Below, one piece after another: positions 25,200 through 32,000 of a stretch of DNA of 32,000 nt. Position 1 is the first letter of the stretch, and each line of letters opens with the position of its first letter. The notes below the pieces were generated by a model. It had not been told where the DNA came from and did no database searches. It worked only from the letters and a program-made list of their open reading frames with translations. Both the position numbers and the translations under genes were made by a program. The DNA is from Acaryochloris marina S15 (GTDB lineage: Bacteria > Cyanobacteriota > Cyanobacteriia > Thermosynechococcales > Thermosynechococcaceae). The stretch covers positions 1,320,001 to 1,352,000 of the forward strand of contig NZ_CP064923.1 of NCBI RefSeq assembly GCF_018336915.1. The letters are read 5' to 3'.

Positions 25200-26378
25200 T
25201 TAACGGTAGACCTCAACCTTAGTTTGCTGGAACATCTGAGCGTAGAACTTCTCTAGCTGATCCAGGTTTCGATCCAGGCAATATCGTTCCAGCACTCGCT
25301 GACGGCCTTTTTGGCCTAAGAGTTTCACCATTTCGGGATGCTCTGCTAGCACGGGTAATAACGTACGGAGTTCGCCCCTGGTCCGTTGGGGATTGAGGAC
25401 AATGCCAGCACCACCTGCCAGCACTTCTCCATCTGCGCCTGCATCGGTGGCTAGACAGGCTACACCGCAGGACATGGCTTCCAATAGGGAGAGGGAGAGA
25501 CCTTCTACAAAAGACGGCAGGATAAACACATCTGCCCCACGCAAAATTTCAATCCGACGATGCTCATCATAAATCGCCCCTAACCACAGAACGTTTTGTT
25601 CAGGACCGTAATTTGTCATATGGGCATTGAGCAGGGGACCATCCCCGACCATCACCAATTTGGAGTGAGGTATCTGCGCCTGCACCTGTTTCCAAGCTTT
25701 CAGCAAGGACTCGACGTTCTTCTCAATCGCAATTCGACCTTGATAGACGAAAATGCGCTCTGTCTGTAGTTCTGCTTTGAAGGTAGAAGGACCAGGGGAG
25801 TATTTATCGGTATCCACCCCGTTGGGGATAATCACAATTTTGGCTTCAGGCACCCCTAAGCGCATCAGCAAATCCCGTTGGGCCTGGGAAAAGATAATCA
25901 CCGCATCATAATTAGCCAGGGAAGGAGCATAAAGCTGGTACATGAAGTGCTGGGTACCAGAAGACAAATTACGATGTTTATGGCTAAAAGGTGGATGGAA
26001 GGTTGCTACTAACGGCACCTGTAATTCTTGACAAATTTCTGGCAGGACAAAATCCAAGGGCGAGAGGGTGAGAGATGCATGAACCAGATCAGGCTTCAGA
26101 TTGCGCAAAGACTCTGCCAAGACCTTGCTGGATTTCAGCGTGGGTATCGTATAGACCTGGGATTTATACAGAAAGGGTAAAGGAACCTCTTGGCATTCCT
26201 GGGGAATCGGTGGTTCTTGAATGGGCAGCGGCTTGCCTGTTTCTTCATCAAAAGCATCTTGGGCAAAATGCAGAAAGCTGACCTGATAGCCACGATCGAG
26301 CAAGGCGTTAGTAATTTCGCGGCTGTAGGTGACGTTGCCACAGGGCGGAGATTTTTTGCCAATCCAAGCGATGTGCAT
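25200..26378 (-). CDS. Glycosyltransferase, GT4 / group 1 family
   Basis: 392 aa with a C-terminal GT-B signature (FVYQGRIAIEKNVESLLKAW...ADVFILPSFVEGLSLSLLEAMSCGVACLATDAG). The substrate is unknown. Confidence 0.85.
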   Translation of the reverse strand: MHIAWIGKKSPPCGNVTYSREITNALLDRGYQVSFLHFAQDAFDEETGKPLPIQEPPIPQECQEVPLPFLYKSQVYTIPTLKSSKVLAESLRNLKPDLVHASLTLSPLDFVLPEICQELQVPLVATFHPPFSHKHRNLSSGTQHFMYQLYAPSLANYDAVIIFSQAQRDLLMRLGVPEAKIVIIPNGVDTDKYSPGPSTFKAELQTERIFVYQGRIAIEKNVESLLKAWKQVQAQIPHSKLVMVGDGPLLNAHMTNYGPEQNVLWLGAIYDEHRRIEILRGADVFILPSFVEGLSLSLLEAMSCGVACLATDAGADGEVLAGGAGIVLNPQRTRGELRTLLPVLAEHPEMVKLLGQKGRQRVLERYCLDRNLDQLEKFYAQMFQQTKVEVYR

Positions 26379-26383
26379 ATGGA

Positions 26384-27865
26384 CTAGGGAGACGACAGTG
26401 GTGAGGGGTTTGCATCATCTGATACAGATGAGCTGGTATCGGCAATATACCAGGATAAGAGCCCCCCGATCACAACAATCCCAGCAAGCCCCAGTAAAAC
26501 CGTCTGTAATCCGAAGAAGGTTTCAGCCAATCCTGCCAGGGCTAACGGTAGACTTAAGGCAATATTGCTGGCATTATTTTGCAGGCCGAAAACCTTACCC
26601 CGCATCTCTTCCGGCGTTTTCTCTTGAATGGTCGTTTGCATAGGGACACCAATCAGAGCGGCGGCAGCCCCCAAGCCCACCATCAGCACCAGAGAAACCC
26701 TTAAGGATTGAGTGCTAAAAGCCAAGCCTCCTAACATGGCAGCCATCCCCATAGAACCGTAGAAACTGAGGCGATGGCGGGAGAAATTTTGGCCAATGGA
26801 ACCCAGGATTGCGGCACTAATCGCCATGCCAAGCCCACCTGTGGCCAGCAAGAATCCGAACTGTGAGGTCTTAATCCCGGGCAAGACTTCTGCTAAGCGC
26901 ACGACTAAAACGGCGAGGGCGGCAAACACGGAGAATAAAATAACCAGCTGAATCAAGGCGGTCCGTACCCGCCGATGCTCGTTGAGATATTGCAGACCTT
27001 CTTTGATGTCTGACCAAACATGTTGATCGCCAGTGGAACGATTGGCCGGGGTTTCTCCCGTTCTTAGAAGCAGGAGGAGCAGACCTGCGATTCCATAGCT
27101 GCCCCCGACAACCAATTCTCGTCCTGCATCCCAACCTAGATGGGAAAAATATCCCCCGACAATTTCTAGCAGAGGTTCTCCCGCTGCAAACCCGCCAATT
27201 AGTGCTAGAAGCATGGTTAGGGTGTACAGAGAGTTCGCACTTAATAGGTGAGGCTTCTCCACAATCAAGGGAATAGCAGACTGTTCAGCCGGGGCAAAGA
27301 ACTGGGTGAGGGTAGAAACGAGGAACGTCACTCCAAGTAACACCCAAAATCCCCAAGGAATCTGAAACCAACCGGGTTGCTGACCACAGAGCCATAGCAA
27401 AGGCGGGAGGCTGAGCACCAAGGCTCCCCGGAGGCCATTTGTGAGGACCAAAACCCACTTTTTTGACCACCGGTCCACATATACCCCGGCAATAGAGCCA
27501 AATAGCACCGCCGGAATGGTGAAGGCAATCATGATCGATGACACCCAGACGCTGACCGATTGGTCAGGAGCCTTAAATTGACTGGTAATCAAGGCAATAA
27601 TGAGCACCAAATAAACCTTGTCAGCCATTTGGGAGAAGACTTGGCCTAGCCACATCAACATAAAATTCTGATTTCGCAGAACAGGCCAATATCCCTGTTC
27701 TACCGTCTCCTCAAGGACTGGAGCTACATCCGGCTCTGATGTTTTGGGTATAGGTGCAATATCCGGTTTAGAGGACGAGGAGGGGCTAGAGGGATGAGGT
27801 GTGGGTTTACCCGTCGAACGGGAAGATGAGGTCAAGTTGCGTTTGGGGTCATGTACTTGGGTCAT
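26384..27865 (-). CDS. MFS transporter with a Pro/Ser-rich cytoplasmic N-terminal extension
   Basis: ~12 hydrophobic segments, with a GVYVDRWSKK-type loop after TM2. The N-terminal ~55 aa are low complexity (PTPHPSSPSSSSKPDIAPIPK). Its start overlaps the recO stop (ATGA). Confidence 0.85.
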   Translation of the reverse strand: MTQVHDPKRNLTSSSRSTGKPTPHPSSPSSSSKPDIAPIPKTSEPDVAPVLEETVEQGYWPVLRNQNFMLMWLGQVFSQMADKVYLVLIIALITSQFKAPDQSVSVWVSSIMIAFTIPAVLFGSIAGVYVDRWSKKWVLVLTNGLRGALVLSLPPLLWLCGQQPGWFQIPWGFWVLLGVTFLVSTLTQFFAPAEQSAIPLIVEKPHLLSANSLYTLTMLLALIGGFAAGEPLLEIVGGYFSHLGWDAGRELVVGGSYGIAGLLLLLLRTGETPANRSTGDQHVWSDIKEGLQYLNEHRRVRTALIQLVILFSVFAALAVLVVRLAEVLPGIKTSQFGFLLATGGLGMAISAAILGSIGQNFSRHRLSFYGSMGMAAMLGGLAFSTQSLRVSLVLMVGLGAAAALIGVPMQTTIQEKTPEEMRGKVFGLQNNASNIALSLPLALAGLAETFFGLQTVLLGLAGIVVIGGLLSWYIADTSSSVSDDANPSPLSSP

Positions 27866-28743
27866 GAAGGCACGGAGGTGAGGTCGGGCAGGGGAGTAAA
27901 ACAGGTGTCAACTAGGGCAGCCGAACGAATCGGGCGATCAAAATAGGCTTCGGCATAGTGACGGAGAGCAGACTCCACCCCTTGCCAAATGACCAACGGA
28001 TAGGCTGCTATTAACGGAAACGGCAGAGGGGAAGCCGGATGAATCTCGGCAGGGTTGAGATCTTGCAGTAACGAGAGTTCGGGGGCGGATAGTTTGCCCT
28101 GAACCCGATAATCTGCCCCTGGAACATAGGCAGACGCTTGTTCTGCGGCCTGTTGAATCGCAGTACGGGGTCGGGGTAGACCCGTGAGGGTGACAGTACC
28201 GCCTGCACTGGCACTAAACCCCACACGCCAGGTGGGGTTGTTGGGGGGCGGTTCTAAGGGGACGTGGGTGAAGCAACAGGCATGGACTTGAGGGGCAATG
28301 CCTGCCCAGGCCAACAATTGCAAGGTCCCATGAATTAAACAACAGGGTACTTGGGCAGGGGTCGCAGTTTGGAGTTGAGTCAGCTGTTGGCAAAATAAAT
28401 CCCACAGCTCTGTTTGGGGCTGTCCACTCAGGGCTTGATACAGGGTCAGTTCTGCCAGGTATTGACTGGTGGTCAACTTAGCTAAGTTTTGGCTCAGTCC
28501 CGGATAGGATTCTAGGGTTTCGGCCTGGGCAATTTTATCCAGGGACCGGCCCTGGACTAGCATCAGGTCATTCACCACAAATAAGGCACTGCGGCCGCCT
28601 AATTTTGACTTAGGCTTCCGGCATCCAGGCGCAACAGCCCGCACCAGACCATGTTCACGGGTCAAGATAGTCAGCAGGCGATCGGCCTCGCCGAAGGGCA
28701 TGCTTTTGAGATTAATTCCTGTCGCTTTATAGGTTCGACTCAT
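27862..28743 (-). CDS. recO: DNA repair protein RecO
   Basis: The N-terminal OB-fold region YKATGINLKSMPFGEADRLLTILTREHGLVRAVAPGCRKPKSKLGG is typical of RecO, and the 293-aa length fits. Confidence 0.85.
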   Translation of the reverse strand: MSRTYKATGINLKSMPFGEADRLLTILTREHGLVRAVAPGCRKPKSKLGGRSALFVVNDLMLVQGRSLDKIAQAETLESYPGLSQNLAKLTTSQYLAELTLYQALSGQPQTELWDLFCQQLTQLQTATPAQVPCCLIHGTLQLLAWAGIAPQVHACCFTHVPLEPPPNNPTWRVGFSASAGGTVTLTGLPRPRTAIQQAAEQASAYVPGADYRVQGKLSAPELSLLQDLNPAEIHPASPLPFPLIAAYPLVIWQGVESALRHYAEAYFDRPIRSAALVDTCFTPLPDLTSVPS

Positions 28744-28848
28744 TGCGGTCTACCTGGATTGAGAAAACCTGGTTAGGGGAAGCAGGATAACGCTGGCATC
28801 AACTTGTCCTGATCCAAACATCCTGAGGTGGATATTTCGAGAACGGAT

Positions 28849-29559
28849 CTATCCGGGGCCTGATGGCTCTGGGGACTCAATCTCAGCCGTAGCCATCCGC
28901 ACAAGGTCAACCCCTCGGGATGTTCCCAAACGGTTGGCTCCTGCTGCAATCAGCGCTAGGGATTGCTCTAGAGTGCGAATTCCTCCCGAAGCTTTAATGC
29001 CTACGCGATCACGTGCGACCATTGATAATAATTTTATATCAGCAGGGGTGGCTCCGCCGTGCCATCCAGTACTTGTTTTGAGGAAGGCGACCCCCGCATC
29101 TAGACTGACTTCTGCCGCTAACCGTTTTTCGGCATCCGTAAGGAGGGTGGTTTCCAAAATCGCTTTGACCGTTTGGCCCGTGGTTGCACAAATCTTGGCG
29201 AGTTCTTGGTGGACAGCATTGACATCCCCTGACTTTAACCAGCCGACATTGATCACCACATCTAGCTCGGTTGCCCCTTGGTCGACAGCATCTTGGGCTT
29301 CATAGAGTTTGACTGCAGATGTGGTGGCACCACTGGGAAAACCAATGACCGTGCAAACCTTGGGGGAATATTGATGGAGACGGTTGACGGCGGTTTTGAT
29401 ATGGGTGGGGTAGATACAAACAGCTGGAAATTCAAACCGGATGGCTTGATCGCAGAGCGTTGCGATCGCATCCTCTGATGCCAGGGGATCGAGAAGCGTA
29501 TGATCGATATAACGAGTGATATCAATATCTGCCACCGTTAGGGTCACACTGCACCTCAA
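28849..29559 (-). CDS. deoC: Deoxyribose-phosphate aldolase
   Basis: [44 protein letters not shown] and [10 protein letters not shown] (Schiff-base Lys region). The start is uncertain: TTG at 29559, or GTG at 29547 or 29535. Confidence 0.9.
   Translation of the reverse strand: MRCSVTLTVADIDITRYIDHTLLDPLASEDAIATLCDQAIRFEFPAVCIYPTHIKTAVNRLHQYSPKVCTVIGFPSGATTSAVKLYEAQDAVDQGATELDVVINVGWLKSGDVNAVHQELAKICATTGQTVKAILETTLLTDAEKRLAAEVSLDAGVAFLKTSTGWHGGATPADIKLLSMVARDRVGIKASGGIRTLEQSLALIAAGANRLGTSRGVDLVRMATAEIESPEPSGPG
29462..29469. repeat. HIP1 octamer GCGATCGC
   Basis: Exact octamer read at these coordinates. Confidence 0.95.
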
Positions 29560-29662
29560 ATGCCCATAGTACTTGGGAAAAACTTTTTAGCCTTCCTAAT
29601 CCAATGTATCAAGAATATGGGTTGAGTGGGCTGTAAAAAGCCCATCATTTTAGCGCCCCCAT

Positions 29663-30616
29663 TTAGAGGCGCTTTGGCGTATGACCTTGGGCTTGCAAAA
29701 GTTCTAAAACGCTGTCTTTCCCCACTAAATGCCCAGCTCCGACCACAATCAGATAGTCATCCTCCTTTTGCAAAAGTGGTTCAATGGTGGTCATCCATTT
29801 GCGATTGCGAGCCCCAAAAATTTGGTCTTCTAATTCTGGATAGTCTTTAAAACTTTTCAGCAACAAATTCTTTAAAGTTTGATCATCTCCAGATTTCCAG
29901 GCTGAGACCATCTCCTGAAATGATGTTTCTAGGGTGTCTAATTCATCAATCGTTTGGCGAATATACTGCTCTTGATTCCCTTGAGAAAAACTATCAAATA
30001 GGTTGAATTGATCTTCAATGGTTTCTAAGGCGAGGGTCTCTTTGCCATCCTTGATCGCTTTTTTGAAAAAATACTGATCAACGCCATTTTCAGGATTGAA
30101 CTCTAATCGCTGTAGTTTCAACGTGATCAAGGTCAAAGAAAAGAACCAAGGCTTAAAACCGGAAAAAGCCTCAATTGGTAAGCCAATCTCTGATGCGGTG
30201 GTTTTTGCTAGCTGATAGGTTTCTGGTGTCAGCCGATCTTGGAGGGTTTTGCCATCTTGAGCTGTAGCTTTCTCTAAGACGATGGATTGAGTTTTGCTGG
30301 ATTCGAGTTCCCCCATGTTGACTTCAAATACTAACTTTTCGGCATCCTCATAGGCGTCATTGATCTGCTTCGCTAAGGGATAGTCTGATTCCTTTAATAG
30401 GTGAATCGAACCTAGGAGGTAAACCGTATTCTGGGGGGATTTGACTTGCCAGAGAAACGTTTGCTCGGGTTGGGGCGCTTGAGGCTTAGAGGCGTTTGGG
30501 GTTGGAGAGGGGGTGGGGCTGGTCGGTTTGTCGCCGCAAGCGCTGACTAATGTCAGCAGGGTGATGACCGCAATCCGGGACACATTTTTTCGGATTACGC
30601 CATGAAGTTTATTCAT
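29663..30616 (-). CDS. TraB/GumN family lipoprotein
   Basis: Signal plus lipobox (LLTLVSACG), then FLWQVKSPQNTVYLLGSIHLLK and LIVVGAGHLVG, typical of the GumN/TraB family. ATG at 30616 (the track uses GTG at 30628). Confidence 0.75.
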   Translation of the reverse strand: MNKLHGVIRKNVSRIAVITLLTLVSACGDKPTSPTPSPTPNASKPQAPQPEQTFLWQVKSPQNTVYLLGSIHLLKESDYPLAKQINDAYEDAEKLVFEVNMGELESSKTQSIVLEKATAQDGKTLQDRLTPETYQLAKTTASEIGLPIEAFSGFKPWFFSLTLITLKLQRLEFNPENGVDQYFFKKAIKDGKETLALETIEDQFNLFDSFSQGNQEQYIRQTIDELDTLETSFQEMVSAWKSGDDQTLKNLLLKSFKDYPELEDQIFGARNRKWMTTIEPLLQKEDDYLIVVGAGHLVGKDSVLELLQAQGHTPKRL

Positions 30617-30627
30617 TAGATTCCCCA

Positions 30628-30697
30628 CTAAAGTTGAATTGAACTGAGAGTATTGGCATCAGTTTAAGCAACGTTCAATCTAGCATTTCAACTTTAG
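30628..30697. other. Long-range inverted repeat CTAAAGTTGAA ... TTCAACTTTAG (11-bp arms, 48-nt spacer) with an inner ATTGAAC/GTTCAAT pair
   Basis: Read directly. It lies immediately upstream of the TraB/GumN start codon, in that gene's 5' region on the minus strand. Confidence 0.35.
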
Positions 30698-30951
30698 TAA
30701 AGACCGTGAACCAATCAATAGGTCACCCCTTTGGCTACATAGGTACGGAGACAGAACCCACTGAACTTTGGATTTAGCCAAAAGGTTGGGGAAGTCAGGG
30801 CTGGAACCTAGGGTTCTGGCTAAAGAGCATCCTGTTAGATTCGAGGCTACCTATTCATTGCTAAGCTGCTTTAGGGTTATTTAGAGACAGCAAAAGGAAT
30901 GTTACGCTTGTGCGGAACTACTGCCTTTTAATACAAGGTTTTGAAGCTTTT

Positions 30952-30976
30952 GCGGTGTACGATAGACATGCACCGC
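30952..30976 (+). other. Hairpin GCGGTGTA-N8-(A)TGCACCGC followed by a T-rich tract (TTAAGATTTATTTTA) in the petH upstream leader
   Basis: Stem of 8 pairs including one G-U, read directly. It lies ~100 nt upstream of the petH start. A second pair of mutually exclusive short stems occupies 30992-31015 (GGTGA/TCACC versus CACCA/TGGTG). Confidence 0.3.
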
Positions 30977-31064
30977 TTAAGATTTATTTTAGGTGATGGC
31001 TTCACCAAAATGGTGCATTGGTTTATCGCACAAGCAGCCAATCCCCCAGTTGAATGATGAGTGA

Positions 31065-32000
<936 letters not shown>

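Overview
This looks like a cyanobacterial chromosomal window. The HIP1 octamer GCGATCGC occurs 11 times, and the gene content fits (petH, desA, minCDE, GH57, DUF1517). I call about 29 tightly packed protein-coding genes, mostly housekeeping. In order: miaB (partial, left edge), desA and aroK. Then an ECF sigma / anti-sigma / LTXXQ (Spy/CpxP-like) operon, divergent from a TPR-CHAT gene. Then a cobA-hemD fusion, a Pro-rich lipoprotein, a family-5 ABC binding protein with a single permease, DUF1517 and murG. Then an exported NTF2-like protein followed by minC-minD-minE, a membrane-anchored YvcK/CofD-like protein and a GH57 glucan enzyme. Then an orphan ABC-2 permease, a TVP38/DedA-like protein, an unrecognised 129-aa ORF and queA. 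Then a recO-MFS-GT4 block, deoC, a TraB/GumN lipoprotein and petH (partial, right edge). miaB and petH are open at the window edges, so they are missing from the supplied ORF track. I found no rRNA, tRNA, CRISPR array, transposase/integrase or recognisable defence island. Nothing here convincingly forms a new multi-gene system. The most unusual items are: (1) petH encodes an FNR whose N-terminal module is not CpcD-like but a Cys-rich twin-CX3C domain. (2) A TPR-CHAT protein, divergent from the ECF envelope-stress-like operon, seems to have lost both catalytic-dyad residues. (3) A well-placed 28-codon hydrophobic sORF lies just upstream of DUF1517. (4) A 0.56-kb non-coding stretch carries three consecutive hairpins next to the orphan 129-aa ORF. 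All functional calls come from by-eye motif recognition, since no database search was possible.
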